Assembly: GCA_964057225.1 (NCBI GenBank)
Contig: OZ059895.1
Span: 16,492,001 to 16,556,000, forward strand
Origin: Auanema rhodensis
Taxonomy: Eukaryota; Animalia; Nematoda
DNA: 64,000 nucleotides
Direction: 5' to 3'
Below are positions 22,624-38,572 of the stretch, piece by piece (position 1 is the stretch's first letter; every line of letters starts with the position of its first letter). The position numbers and the translations under genes were made by a program. A model generated the notes under the pieces. The model searched no databases. It was not told where the DNA came from and saw only the letters and a program-made list of their open reading frames with translations.

Positions 22624-25129
22624 AGCATTATCTAGTCAGGATCGAGTGTGAGTTGTAATTCAGAATATGACATGCCTGTATAGTTAAGTTTAAGTATATT
22701 ATAGTTAAGTATACTAATATATGATTTATACTATATTGATATTGATATACCAATGCTTAGTGACCTGAATGATAGTACAGAAATCGTGAAATTCTGATGC
22801 ACATATGTGATTGAGCTGTTGCTATTGCTTTATTGATAATCAAAATAAATAAGAGATGTGTGTAAGTGTATGTTTAGCATGTAAGCTGTTGAGATAGATT
22901 ACTTTGAGGCGTTGTATTAGACAACATATGTTTGTAATCATGCCATTCTGAAGAACAACTGTGTAAATTCAGATTATTGACATCAACAAAATCAACTTCT
23001 GAAGCATACACACAAACAGCAAATACCAGATAATTCGTGAACGCTACATCAACATCACGGACGACAAAATTTGAATTGCATCATTTGAATGAAAATGACA
23101 AAAAAGCTTTGAATATCTAATCCATACCAAATCTACATATATCTATCTAGTACTGTACCATATTCAGCACTGTTTCAAAGAAAAAAAAAGAAAAGATTGA
23201 AGTATGAGAAATGAAGATTTCTTGTTAATCTGCCTTTCATACCAAGTACAACAAGTGAAATTACAAATATTTTAATATTTAAAAAAAAAAAAGAAAGATA
23301 AATCTTCATTCATTTTCTTTTGTCTTTTACCATAACATCAATAAGTTGTTTTTATTATCTCAAAGTCTAACAGGCTTCTTCTCTTCATCTTCATCATCAT
23401 CCTCATCATCCACTCATCCACGAACACACACACACACACATACTCACACGCATCATGTTGCCATTTGTTTTCTTTTTATGATTGTTTCTTCTTCTTCATT
23501 TCTTTTTTTTCAATTCAAATTCCATTCATTCCACAGCTTAATGACAATTCAATTTTCAAATTTATTTTTTTAATTTTTATGTTTTGTCATCCACCCCATT
23601 TCCCTCTTGATATCAATCTCTCTCTCTCTCTTCCCCTCTCTCTCTCTCTCTCTCTCAACTCCCTCCTCTCTTCTCTCTCTCTCTCTCTCTCTCTCTCGCA
23701 CAAAAAAATATTTTTATTCTAAGCTCTTTGAACTTTAAATGTGTGCTCATTTTTCTCATCATTACATTGATATGTCAATTGAATTTCATGTGCCATTCTA
23801 CATACCAGAATCTAAATCCCAGGTATTTCACATCAGACACACACATGCACATGCACATTGAGCTTCAAACAGAAACAAGCTTTCCATTTTGCTCATTTTT
23901 TCATTCAATATTGTTTCTTCCTCTCTCCTACTTATGCTCCCCCCTTCTCCATCCTTCTCTCTCTTTCACCCTCTATACTACTTCTTCTCCTTCATCTTCT
24001 TCTTCAAATGTGTTTCCGATTTGAGCAGTTATTGAAATCGTACACATCGTTCTTGAGAATTTTTCCTTTATTCACACAAACATACAAACTTTTGCAACTT
24101 ATCCATCTTGTCTTAAACAACGTTTTTCTTTTTTTTTTTTAAAAACCCTAGATTCAAATAAGAATCTACGTACATATGTATGTATATATAAGCAATTTTC
24201 ACAAAAAAAAGCCAAACTTAACATCGGAAAACAAAGCCAATTTGACTATTATTGTTCAAACGTTTTCGACTTTTAGTGAGATTTTCCATTTCTATTACGT
24301 CTGTAAAAGCTTTGTAAACACATTGAAATGAGAATAATGAAGGAAATGGACTATAACATCATCATGATGAAGCTTTATGCTTAATGATAAGATTTGGAAT
24401 TAGATTCTGGCCTTCAGATTTCTACAGAAGATCTTTTGAACTCGAAAGCTCAGTGATAACTGAGTCCAACTGATAATGTGATCTTATACTAGATTTCTTA
24501 ATTTATTTCTATTTCGATACATCATTCATCAGTACTATTTCTCGAAGATAATCAGAAAATGACTCTGTATTCGTATCAAAATCTATGCTTCTCACGTAGT
24601 ATGTTGTATAGTATTTGCAATTGAAATGCCCTGAGGGAACTTCATCATCATCGTTATTCGTTTTCTCTTTTCCCTTGTATGTTTCAATCGTTCTCATAGT
24701 CTTATACAAAGCACAGAGAGTTAGCGGTGATGATGACGACAACGACGATGATGGAGCCACTTCCATTACGCCATTTGCTCTTGATCCTTCTTTTTTCTTC
24801 TGTTTCAGCAAGCCTTACATTTCGTTTCTTCAATTCTTTGAAATAATCTCTTAGAAAATTCATTATTCTCTCTATCTCTTTTAACTCCTTTTCCTCATTC
24901 TTCTCTCCTTTTTTGCTTTTATCTTTCCTCTTCTTTCTGTTGTTGACGAGTGAACAATACGACTTTTACGATGTGGTAATGACCCGAAGGAAAGTCTGGC
25001 GGCAAAGCCACGATGAGCCAAGAACTTTGTTCTTTTATACTTTTATATCATTCTCTTCCTACTTTTGCTCCTGCTCCTTTCCACCCCCTCAATCCCTTGC
25101 ATTGCCTCCCCTTCCCTGCAACTCCCCCT

Positions 25130-25182
<53 letters not shown>

Positions 25183-26708
25183 ACATCTTCCAATATTTCC
25201 AAGCTATAGCCCATGTTATTAAAGCACAGCCACAGACCCAAGATAGCTTTCCACATACAAATTGTCTAGGTTTTTGCTGATTGTCAACATAATTCTAAGC
25301 TTCAATATGGCTTTCTATCTTTATTTACATAATCTTCCTCCTAATGCTTTCACACTTCTTACCCATCATAAGTATTCATGTTTTCTTTGCTCAAGCTTGA
25401 TTTCGTTGAGGAAAATAACGAAAAACTGAAATCATGAAACAAACAGAAAAGTAGAGAGAGAGGGGGGGGGGTAGATAGAGAGAAAGAGAGAGAGAGCTTT
25501 TGTTCGCTTTATCAAATAATTCCGAAACTTATTCACAGGTCATCAATAATTATATCACAACTAGGAACATCTACCTAGCTAGTTCTTCCATTCTCCCTGT
25601 TTTTTCTGTTTATTCGAAATAACTCATCTCTCTCTCTCTCTCTCTCTTTGAATCATTAATATCTCAAGTACTGGATATTATCATAAGTAAAACAAAACAA
25701 TTTGTTGTTAAAAACAGTCAATTTGTCTTTCCTCTTTCTTTGCCCTTATCATTCATACTTCCAGTTTTTTCAATCGAACTCTCAGTTCTTTCTATCTAAT
25801 TTCATATTATTCTATGTTATTTTTGAATTTTAAATTTTAAATTTATTAAAAATCAAAATGAAGATAGTTGAGAATTGGATTATTGAACAATACTTAAATA
25901 CCTTAATTTTCATGTAATGTACACTTTCCATCAAAGAACACAAATGTCGTTTTTCTGCAAAATTCTCAGAAAATATACGATTTGCTCTTTTTTTTGACAA
26001 ATTTTGAATTGAAATGAAATGAATACAATATGAGAAGCACTATGAGGTAGTCAACCTAGCCTGTCACCCCCTCAGTTTTTCCTATGTCACTCTCTGCCTG
26101 CCTCCCTTCTAATTCTAATTTCCAATCTGTCTCTCTCTCACTCTCTCTCTCTTTATGTTATTTTGTACCTTTTAACTGTTACTATTTAGCTCCTTTTCTT
26201 TTTGGTTATCAGTATTTTTCTTGGATTCTGGCTCTCTTCCATCGTTAAGTCTCCAGACCTGTATTGAAGCTCATGTTACTACTCTGATGTGTTTCACCTC
26301 AACATCGTTTCGTTTCACTAAACTACTTCATCGGAATTCTTATTACTAAGTATTTAACGAAAAGAAATAAATTTTGATGAAAAACCCCAAAAAGCTGAAA
26401 AAAGTGAAGAAAAAGTAATTCTTTATTATTTATTTATGCAAACTATATACATATACATAAGCTTTCGTTGAGCTTTATGTCATAAAAAAACTTTTTTTTA
26501 GTCAAATAGAAGCTGAAAAGTAAAATATTTCTTTTACTTTGAGTTAATAATGAAAAATAATTATTTTGGTAACTATACTACATATGATTTGGTTGGATTC
26601 CATAGAAATATATAAAGAGAATGGACATTTCCGATTATTTTCTGGAGGGTTATGAAGATGCAAGACATCAGAAGTTAAAAGGAAGGTAATAATGAATTAT
26701 AAGAAAGA

Positions 26709-26765
<57 letters not shown>

Positions 26766-27058
26766 AGACTGAATGAAGGAGGGGGATGTAGAGGATGAGA
26801 CAACCTGCAAGATCGAAGAGCACAGCACTTTGCATGGAAATGCTGTTGCTTATTCAAACTGACCTCCTGGCTGAATGACCTCCGTTCTAAATAAGAATTA
26901 AGCATGCTTCATCGAAGCATGCTTAGGTTGTTATGTCTGGCTAACGACAAACTTTGCTACATGAGATCGTTCAGTGCAGATGGTTGTAGGGATACATCAC
27001 CCTGCCCTCCGAGCTCTCCTATAGCTACTACTACTATTCCCACTACTACTATAGGGAG

Positions 27059-27091
<33 letters not shown>

Positions 27092-28871
27092 TTCTTTCTT
27101 TCTTTCACTCTCTGACTATCTGCTCTCAATAATCTACCTTACTCAACATATTCCATTCTTTCTATTCATTTCCCTGTTTCCCTCCCCTTCATTCCTCAGT
27201 TTTACTCACTAGCTTGCTCTAGGTTATGTTGTGTATGTAGTAGCTTTATGTAGGTTTGGCTATCCTTCAGCCATCATCCAATACCTTGTGTCCAACACCA
27301 TGTTGTCATGGCAGCCAGAAGTTATATCAACATAGCAGTTGCATATAAAGGTTTTGAACTTCATTAAGAGCGTTCTCTCTCTCTCTTTCTCTCTTTCTTC
27401 AAGTTTTTTGACCTCCCTTACTCCTTCGTAGGCAAGGATTTAACAGACTTTCTCCAACTAATCTTCATCGTTATTCTTTAAAGAAATCGCTGTTACTACC
27501 CAAATAAATTCTTTTTTTTTCTCAGTTAACTTACTCATCTGACAACTTGAATAACGAATTGGATTCCCATTCATCAAGCCGTCGTCCGCCAACCAACCAG
27601 AAGATAAGACTAAAGCATTTTCAAAATGATTTTTCTATATAGTTATCTCTAACTATTCTCTTTTAGTTAATCTGTCTTTCGTTTTTTTTCTTTCCTTCAT
27701 TTGCTACAGCCAAACACGCAATTTCTTCTCCTTCATTTTCAGCGTCGTCTTCCTCTTTGCCATCATTCTCCTCCTACTCCACCATCTCCTTCTCCATCTC
27801 GTCCTCATTCTCATTCTCCTTCTTCTTCTTATTTTTTCGTCTTTCTTCTCTTTGGTCCCCAAAGGAGATGAAGAAAAGAGCTTCGCTTCGTTCTGGACAA
27901 CGACCATAGACTGTGCTCTGACCAGAGACGCCAGACAGCCAACATGTGGATCGATGAGCTCGGCCCATTGCCATTCGGTCCGTCTCTCCTTTCTCGTCGT
28001 TTCAGAGCCTATTTATCTATCCAAATTACCCATATTTGGTCATTTTTGTCATTTTCCCAAGCTCGTGTTCTTCTGACCTCCCTCTATCACTTTAATTCTA
28101 TTTCTCTCATCTCTTGTCTCAATCGTCATGTTTCCATCTCTGCTGATGTCGTCGTCGCACACATCTTCAATTCATCCATATTATCTCCATTAGTTAGTTC
28201 ATTTTCTTTTTTTCTTTATCCTCACTATACTTTTTTTAGAATTCTCTCTCTTTCTCTCTCCCCCTTTCTCTCTCTTTCTCCCCCCTTCTCTCTCCCTCTC
28301 TCTATCTCTCAATCCTTCCCTCTCTCTCTCTTTCTCTCTCTCCTTTGTATTATTTGCAAAAAAAAAAAATTCTCCTCCTCCCCTTCAAAAAGCTGAAGAA
28401 GAAGTTAGCATGGTGTGTTCCTCATCCTCGTTCACTCATTCTCTCTTAAACGTTTTACAACATTTTCGTTTCGGGAAACACCACAAAAAAATAATTTTTA
28501 CTATTACTTTATAGTTTATAAAGTTAAATTATAATCAAGACAAAAGATAATAACTTGAACATATGATTAAAATCTGGTTCATCACTATGAACATCTGATG
28601 TTCTCTGTTCCACAGCAGCACAAGAGACTTCACTGCTTGAAAATTTAGCTTAACAACTAAATTCCCTCTCTCTCTCTCTCTCTCTCTTTCTACCTCTTTC
28701 AGTCTCTCTCTCTCTCTACCTCCCCTATCTCTCTCTATATATATCCCTCCTATCTCTCTCTCTCTCTCTCTCTCTCTCTGTTCATACATAAACATATTTC
28801 AGTTTAATTGATTTAAATCGATTTCTATTATAATTCAATAAGAATGAAAGACATAAGAATGAAAAAAAACT

Positions 28872-28917
<46 letters not shown>

Positions 28918-29478
28918 AGATCTTGGTAGAGTTATAGAGAGCTCATATAAGATAAATCAAGCATACTACCTACATAGATCAAGCTCTCACATACACACCC
29001 ACTCACTGTTAGTCACTTGTTGACCATATAATTTTTCTTTTTTTTTTATTTCTGATTAATATCTTATATATTTCTATATATATAGTATATAGTATAGATA
29101 TCAATATCTTATTTATTTCTTTTAATTTAAGCTGCATATTCAAGCTTTAAGCTGAGGTTATACACACTCTCTCTCTCTCTCTCTCCTTCTACCATGAACT
29201 TTTAAGATATATTTGATCATTCCAAACATATACACATAGACATCAAATGGCGAATTCATCGTTTATTATTCCATCACATATACATATATGATTTCATTTT
29301 CAATTGAATTAGCTTTTACTCATTGTCTAGAGTTTTATGCTCAAATGGATCATTTTGATTCATTCATTTCAGTTATTTTTTCATTTTTTTTTTGAATTTA
29401 CTTATATATACTATATGCAAATGATAGAGGTCTATTTCTCTCTCTCTCTTTCACTCTCTCTCTCTCTCTCTCCTTCTC

Positions 29479-29515
<37 letters not shown>

Positions 29516-29935
29516 TTCACTCTTTATAGTCATCAAAGTTTTTCGTTGCTATTTTTGGCTTTTCATATAACTCTTCCTTCTTCCAAGCCCTTACATACCA
29601 CACATACCACACATAGATACATGTAGAGAGACTTATACCAAAACCTTTCTATCTCTGTTTCTCTCTCCCTTCCCCCCCCTCTCTCTATCTCTCTCTCTCT
29701 AATAAGTATCTTTGTCAATTATTTTTCTTATTATTACCACTATGTAGAGTTTATTTCAGATTTTCACTTATTTTTTCCGTCCAGAACATTACGTGAAGTG
29801 TTCACGTGACCGGCATACGCTTATTTTCAAAAATTGCACGCACACTTACCGGTTTATTTCTATTTTGCTCTCCTGTCTTCTGATTATTCTCTTATTGTCT
29901 TTCAACATCTACCTTCTTCTTAGTAAATCTTCGAC

Positions 29936-29983
<48 letters not shown>

Positions 29984-31054
29984 CATCGACCAATCCTACT
30001 CTCTTAGTTTTCTTCTTCTTCTGATTTTTCTTTATTTCAATCTACTTAATATTTTTACTCTTTCTCCTGTCTCTTATATCTAATATTCTCTTTCTTTCTT
30101 CTCTTTTTTCAATTCTTTTTTTTGAAAAAAAAATTTACATGAAAAGATGCACATAGACACATCTTGCAAACATCAACTATTCAACTAGCTAATATATTGC
30201 ACATCGATAATCAGGCAACTAATTCTGAAATTTCATGAACGTCTTGGACCCTCTTTTTCTAGTCTTTCTATCCGCCTTCTCTTTTCTCTCTCCCTCTCTC
30301 TCCCCCTCTCTCTCTTCTTTTTGGACTTACTTTCTATATTATAAAAGTTTAAAGGTTTTATTTTCTGTGAATTACTTGTTAATCTATACTTTTTTCTTGT
30401 TTGGACTTTGCAGCCATATCGTCGCATGTCATCATCCAACTAGCCACTCATCCAACCTAAAATGCAAAAGCCAAGCAACATCTTCATTTTCATCATCATG
30501 CTTATCAATCTATTTTTATCAACGTACAATAGTTAGAGCATGTGTTATGAATGCTCTAACTGTATTGACCTTCATAGCATTTCTTCCAAAAACCTACCAA
30601 CAACGTTGTTTTCACTTACAATTTTTTTTCTTTTCATTCATCGCATCCAATCTCAACATTAGCGTCAATGTTTAGCCTCAAGTGCTCTCAAAACCTCTTA
30701 TACCTATCTTTCACGCTCATCTTTATCTCTTGTGTATGCAGGTTGATTTCAAAAAAAAAAAATGAAGATGCGCTCACACCTACATATCTTAGCATCTTCA
30801 TAGTTTGACCGTGCCCAGTTTTCCGGCGACATTTTTCTCTTTCGCCGGCTTCTTTTTTTCATATTTCTTCTCACTCTACTTCAGATTATTCCTTTGGTTT
30901 CTTTTTTTCTCATCTCCTTCTTCTTCTTCTTCATCGTATTCGTTCAAACTGGTATGAAATCGGATGCCGTCGTCCTTCTTCTCTTTTTGTCATCAACTGT
31001 ATAGCCTCTCCTTTCTAATCTTTTCCCGTTCTGCACCCATCTCTCCCTCTCTCC

Positions 31055-31092
<38 letters not shown>

Positions 31093-31516
31093 ATATTATA
31101 TATTTCTCTTTTTCCTCTCCATTTATTATCTCTCATAGTTTATTCTCAAATCTTCCTCAATCCTGCCTCAGTCACTGTGCTATTTAGCCCTGTAGCATAT
31201 GCTACTTCACTTACTTTTCCGATCGCATATGCTTCATTATTCGCCGAAATTCATTTTTATTCTTCATTTATTGGCAGATTGTATCGTTTTTTCCTATTTT
31301 TCTTTGTCAAAAAGTTATTTTTAACCCTCATATACAATATTTAGAATCTTGCCTTCATTGTGCAGAAGCGCAACTCCAGGCATTTTCGTTTGCTCATCTG
31401 TTTATTCACGCCTCGTGTTTCAAGTTCGACCCAGAAAATCTTAGCTTCCCGTATACCTCCTTCATTTCATCCTTCCTCTCTCCCTCTTTCATCCTTCCTC
31501 TCTCCCTCTTTCATCC

Positions 31517-31612
<96 letters not shown>

Positions 31613-32332
31613 CTCAATTTGCTCGACATATTTCCATACGATCTATACATATTTCCGATTTGTTGATGAACAGAACTGTTTTGTAAGAAGACGGAACAAA
31701 TCAGCCAATTTCTTTTTTCTCTTCTTCTCTCTCTGCTCTTAAGCTTTCTTTCCCTCTATTTCCACTCTGCCGCAATCATTGAAAACCTTTCCGACACCGG
31801 ATACTTTTTGTCTTTCCATGTTGAGCACCCTATTCTGCTGCAAATCTTTTCAGTTTTCTCAAAACTCTCTCCCTCTCTCCACCTCATTCTTCAGCGATTT
31901 TACTATGTTTATTGTAAGATTCTTTAATTTCACTATTTTTCAACACTTTTCATCTTCTTGCTCTTTATCGTCAAGTTTTCCTTATTATAGTAGTTTCTCT
32001 ATACCCTTCCCCCTCTTATCTCCTTCCCTCCCCCCCTCACTCTTTCTCTCTCTCTCTCTCATTACTATTATTCTCTATTATTCTCTCCTATATTGTCTTT
32101 ACCTCTGTCAGTTTCAAAGTTGTACTCTTCTTATGTTCATCATCACCAACATCACCATTTCTTCACACCCCCTCAACATACACAAATCGTTCATTACCAC
32201 CCAACACGATTTTTGTTTAAAAAAAAGAAAAAAGGAGAAGGAAAACCGCAAATAGCTAACACATACAATAAGCGAAGGGATAATGAACAACAGATTCAAC
32301 TGATTATGAACGATTTTTTTTCCCCAAAAAAA

Positions 32333-32364
<32 letters not shown>

Positions 32365-32365
32365 T

Positions 32366-32429
<64 letters not shown>

Positions 32430-33021
32430 CTCTCAAATCTGTCAGCAGAATCATAACTTCATGTTCGCTTTGTTTCTTTTTTTTTGTTTTTTCAACATTT
32501 TTTTATAAAAAAAACCCAAAATTTAATAAAATGCTAATCATAATACGATAAATATTTTATAAATTCTCTTCTAAAATGCCTTATCGTATTAAAAAATATT
32601 TTATTTGAACTTTATATAGTGAGTATAGTTGAATATATACTATATCTATCTATCTATCTATCTATTTATAAATAAATAAAAATTATATCTTTTTAATTAA
32701 AATTTATCATTTTATCATAAAACTACTCTCCTTTCATTTTAAATATTTGATCAACTCAATACAACTCTCTCTCTCCATCTCCCTCTCTCTCTTCTTTCCA
32801 AATAGAAATAAAAGATTCAATATCTCTTTTATCTCTTTGTGTTAATAACAATTCTTCCTTTATTCTTTACTAATTCCTTCTTATTCTCTTTTTTGATTCC
32901 AAAAACATACAGATATCTTTGGAATCTACTTCATGAATATCGAAGATCATGAACAGAACATATGTTATAAGCTGATGTTAATGCTTCTTCTTCTTCTTCT
33001 TAGACTATACTATCTCCCCCT

Positions 33022-33059
<38 letters not shown>

Positions 33060-33279
33060 ATTTTCACATGATTTTAAAGAAAAATAAATAAATTCTATTT
33101 AAAGATAAAATAGAATTACATACATAGACATACATATAATCATTTTTCATTTTTCATTATCTTATTCAAATAGTTTATTCTTGTATTAATAATATATTTT
33201 TATATATCTAAAATAGCATAGTAACTAGATAATGAATTGCAAAGTTTACTTATATAAGCCTTGTTCTCATACAAACATA

Positions 33280-33334
<55 letters not shown>

Positions 33335-33559
33335 GCTCCTCATTCTCGTAATTATCGATAATTGGCTATATCTGTCTGCCACCCACCTACACATTCTTAT
33401 TTTTTTTTCTTTTTCAAATTCCGTAACATTAGCTTTTCATAGCTAGCAACTTGCTCTCGAAGACATTTGCATATTCAGCATTTCATCTTCTGTAGATATT
33501 GAAGGATGTCTTCGTTCCTTTAGAGAACAACATTATATATACATTTGACGATAGCTAAT

Positions 33560-33610
<51 letters not shown>

Positions 33611-34252
33611 GTTCCTCCTCTATGTTCCTCCTCTATTTCTCCTTCTATACATCCATTCTTGCCTTCCTCCATTCCACCCACCCCCACCCAACCATTCTTC
33701 TTCTCTCTATCTAATAGACATCTTACTCTTATTCTTACCAAAACGAAAACCTTAATTTCATATATAATTTTCTATTTTTTTCTATTTTTCCTTAAACTTT
33801 ACTCTTCTAACTGCTAGCAGAATATTCTACAATTCACATCTTCCCTCTATTTTCTGAATTATCAACAACAACAACAACAACAACAACAATAATAAACATC
33901 GTTATCATCTACTTATACCTTATGTCTCTTATCAATTTGCTCTTCGCCATTTCCATCTTTCATCTTGTTTTCTTCTGCTCCGCTCATTTGCATCATCATA
34001 TTCACTCAGTTTTTCTTTCCGCCTCATCTTCTCATACAATCCCAAAATAGCCAAGAAAACACTATGAGAGTATATATACAACGATGACAACCTTCTTCAT
34101 CTGTTTTTTTCCATCTAAAATTAACTATGTGAATATACTTAACTATATATACATATGTATGAATGTATGCACATATATATACATCCAAATATCCTCCTGA
34201 TTTTCTCTTTCATGTTGTTGCAACTATTGCTGATCGATTGTCTCTTTCCTTT

Positions 34253-34289
<37 letters not shown>

Positions 34290-35365
34290 TTCCGTCCCGC
34301 CTGCTATCATACCTAATCCCTCTTCCGAACAGTCTGTGCTTCAAACTTTCAGCCTTTCCAACTTTACTCATTATCACAACCTGCTTCTTTCATCCTTTTT
34401 TGTCTCTTTTTCTTTCCAACTCCAACAGAGAGCAGAGCATAACATCATCATCATCATCCTCATCATCCTCAACTGTCTTCCAGCTCATATTTCTCAGTGA
34501 TGCATCCACTTTCTTATGTCTTCAACGTTTCTATTATTTGATTATTTTATTGGCCAACAAATTAACCTTTTTAATATTCTTTTCCGATAGTTTTCATTCT
34601 CTAAACCTTTCATGATCATTGTTCTTTCAATTTTCTTCCATTTTTTGGCTCGAAAAAAAGCTTATCTGTCAAATGACTCTTGTTCATTCATGAAGAAGAA
34701 ACCTTCACATCTATATGACATGCTCTCCATTTTTCGTTCATTTTTCCCTTTTTTTTTGAACAAAAAAAAGAGAAGGAAATTTGAAAAAGATGAAAGAATC
34801 CATTTATTTTATGTATTCTTTCCACTTCCCTCTCAATAGTCTCATCCATTCTGATAGATTTATCTGAAAAATGATAAATCCCGTTTGCAAGAAATCTCTG
34901 CTCCCATATCAGCATTGATGTTGAAAATAAAAAAGAATTCCGGGCAATAAGCTTAGTATTTCCCTCCTCCTCCTCCTCCTCATTCTCTCTCTCTCTCTCT
35001 CCCTCTCTATCTCTCTCTTTGTCTGTCTTTCATAGATCGTCTCGACATAAATGGATGATGTAGAAATACAGATTTCTGCTAAGCTTTATCTTCCTCATTC
35101 GCAAACATCTACATACACCACATCTCAGTTTAGTCTTTTCTCTTTCAATCCTTATCATCCGCTCTTTTTTCTTTTTCTTTTCAACAATTTTTACTTCATT
35201 CTCTTCTCTCTTGCTTTCATAACTCTTCTCTTTAACCCTTTAACATATCGTTTATTTCTTCTTCCCAATCTCTCATTTACCGTTGAAGCTCAAAGTCAGT
35301 CATCATGGCTTCACTCCATAGATACATAGGTGCAACCGTCAAACCATCCGTCAGTCAAATCTCTT

Positions 35366-35400
35366 ACTTCACGTGACGGCTCACGTAAGTTCACGTTGAA
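35366..35400. promoter_or_regulatory. CACGTG/TCACGT triplet homologous to the cluster at 14989-15020
   Basis: cttcacgtgacggctcacgtaagttcacgt here versus cttcacgtgtgactcacgtaaaagttcacgt at 14989. Confidence 0.5.
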
Positions 35401-35485
35401 CGACCAGAAACTATTTTTCGTTTGTCAATTCATGTTGATCGGTTGCATTTACTAATTCTTGTTCTCAATTTCATTGTCTTCATCT

Positions 35486-35527
<42 letters not shown>

Positions 35528-38513
35528 CTCTATATGGTCCCTCTCTTTCTCATCATCTTTATAATTACAAATACTTTTGAAAAGAAAACCATTTTCAACT
35601 ATTATTATATTGCTAACTATTTCATCTATTAATTACTCTAATTATACTATTTATATCATCAAAATTGAAATTTTATTATTTTTCTTCATTCATAATCATC
35701 ATCATCATCATCCTCATCATCATAATTCATATTATTCTACTTTTCATACATTATTTTCAATAATCAATTGTCAGTTTTCTCTTCTTGTTTAAAGAGGATT
35801 ACTTAACGCTCAGCCAAATCATTCCATCAACACACTTGTCACTTTTTTGTCTCATCATCTATTGTCTTTTTCACTCAAATTAATGTTCTTCTAGTTTAGA
35901 TTTTCTCTGTCTCTTTTCCTTCATCTTCTTCATTTTCATCTGTGTTCGCTTATATCACTTTCTTCCTTTGTGTCGCCGTCCCCCCCCCCATCTTTCCTCA
36001 TTCCTCCCTCCCTCTCTTCTCTTCTTCTATTCTTGCCCTCACCCCTCCCGTCTCCCCTTTTCTTCTTTTTTTTCTCTCTCTCTTTATCACTCTCTCTCTC
36101 TCTCTCCATTTTTCCCTCGTTGTCATCTCAGGCCTCAAAGTCAGCCTGATGTTCGTCTCATCGGTCATTATAATCCGTAGTTTCATCTTGCTCTTTTCGC
36201 TTTTTTCGGCCTCAAAACCCGTTCGACGATCACAGAAAATACATATATCAATGTCGAGTTCCAGTCTTTATTTCCTCTTTCTCGTCCTGTCTCTTTCTCT
36301 TGTTTCACACTGTCTATCTGTATGCGAGAAAATAAAACTTTTTTTTTGCTGTTTCTCACACTTTAGCTCATTTTTGACTTTATTTCGCCTCTTTTGAGAT
36401 TCCTCTTTTTTGTGTTTCGCGACTTCAGTTACTATCTGGTTTTTAGTTTTTTCTCTCTCTCTCTCTCCCTTCTTCTCTCCATTTTTCCCTCTCTTCTTCC
36501 TTCCCTCCCTCTCTGAGTAGCAGTTGTTTCATTCCTGAGACTCAATTTGTTTGTACTCTCTTGTATATTTCCTTGTATATCCAATGTTTCAACTTTTGCT
36601 TTTCAGATTGTCCATTCATTATGCAATATGATATGTAAGAAGCAAGCACAACTCAGGTGATACGGACTGCTTTGTACCATTAACGCATCGAATCCCTTCC
36701 TTTTCTTGGACTACTAGCTATTTCTATGATATGTTAACTCTCTCTATCTCTCTTTCTTTCTCTCTCTCTTCCTCTCTCTGGTCTTCATATTCTTTTTCAT
36801 TTTTCTCTCATAAGACGTCACCTGTGTGCAATTCGAGATATTCCGATTCACAGACGATGATGATGATGTGTGGTAGCTGTAGACGACCATAACGTAACAC
36901 GACGTACAATCAGTATACAACAAACTAAGTACTTCCTTGAGCAAAAGCAATATTTGACGTCAAACGATAGAAGAATTCGTCTCCACGAATTTCATTCTCT
37001 TCTGTTACAAGCACATTAGCGATTTTTGCGTTTTTTTTTCGTTGTCGCCTTCTTCTTCTTCTTCTTGGCTTTTCATTCTCAACATCTCAAACACATTAAT
37101 CAGCTTCATGTTGTTCAATTCCTGTCAACCATCACATAAGTGTTTGAGAAGTATATTTGGCATCATGAAATTCCAGAAAAAAAACTGCTCCACATCATCC
37201 CAATTTCCTATGGATATTGGAGATTCAAAAGCAACGAAGCAGAGGGAGGATGAGAGTAATATGTAACTCGAGTAAGTTTGCTTTCTGATCATCGTGCATA
37301 TCATTGCATTAACGATATCTTTACTCTCTCATGATCTTTTAATGTTTTTATCTGATGAGATGTACCGAATGAGTCTACTTCAACGTCTACTTAACTGTCA
37401 TTTCCCTCCTATCTATCTCGATGTCGTTTTCTGTTGTCGACATGTGATAACGTCCCCCTTCTTCAGCCAGAGCACCTACTCTTCATTTCCTCCCCCCCCC
37501 CTTTTCCGACATTGCAGCATCGGCTGCTGTTTATATCTATCGTTACGTCGTCACTGATTTGCTCATTCTACTATTCTCTGTGCTCATGTAGCATTGAAAC
37601 CCATTGTGTCATCAAGGACCTGTGGTCAGTAAGCTTAATCGAGCCAGGATTACGTTGTTAATTACAAATCCTGGCAATTACTTGCTGGACTAGCATGTGC
37701 TTGCTCTCAGCCTGATATTCACTAGAGGCCACATCTGACCTTTTCTTGTATGTGCATGTATGTATGCGCTTGTATGTGTCTGCCATTCTCCATTTGCTGG
37801 CCATTCTCCGTCTGCCACAACCGATATTTCCTTGTTTGATCATTGACAGAGACAAGGCTGACTTCAGTTGACAACAACGTGAACGTGCAAGCATACATAT
37901 GTCGCCAATGATGAGCATGAGGAGACAGAAGAAAGAAGAAGCATCATCAGAAGCACTACCACTAGCATTAGCAGCAGTAGCAGTAGCATCAGCAGCAGCA
38001 GCACACACACACATACAGACCAGACCCCAGTAGTAGTTAGCAGCATGATGAGCAATTCATTCTGCTTGTTTATCTCTTATTTCACTAATAGATATATACA
38101 GATGTGTGAGAGAATCTGTTCCTCTAAATCATTGTATAGAAACATTGTTCTGTTCCAATTCTCTTTTAACCTTTTATTTTCTATTTATTCCTCATTTCTT
38201 CATCTATTTTACATCAGACGCACACATACACACACTCACACGCACATATACTCATGTATTTGTGTCGTCTTTCCATTATTTTTCTTCAAAAAGCCTCCAC
38301 AATTGTTTTTTCTGTCTAAATTATACTAATTAAACGTTTTTCAATCAATTTGTTGATCCAAAAATAGATGGAAACATTCAACATTTGTCGTTTTTCCTTC
38401 TTCTCACGCCAATATCCTTTCTTGAACTTATTTTATTATTATAATAGAGTAAACGAATGGCTAGTCTGAGAATTCAGAAAGCCAGCTAGACGATATGATG
38501 TAGAAGATGTTGC

Positions 38514-38572
<59 letters not shown>

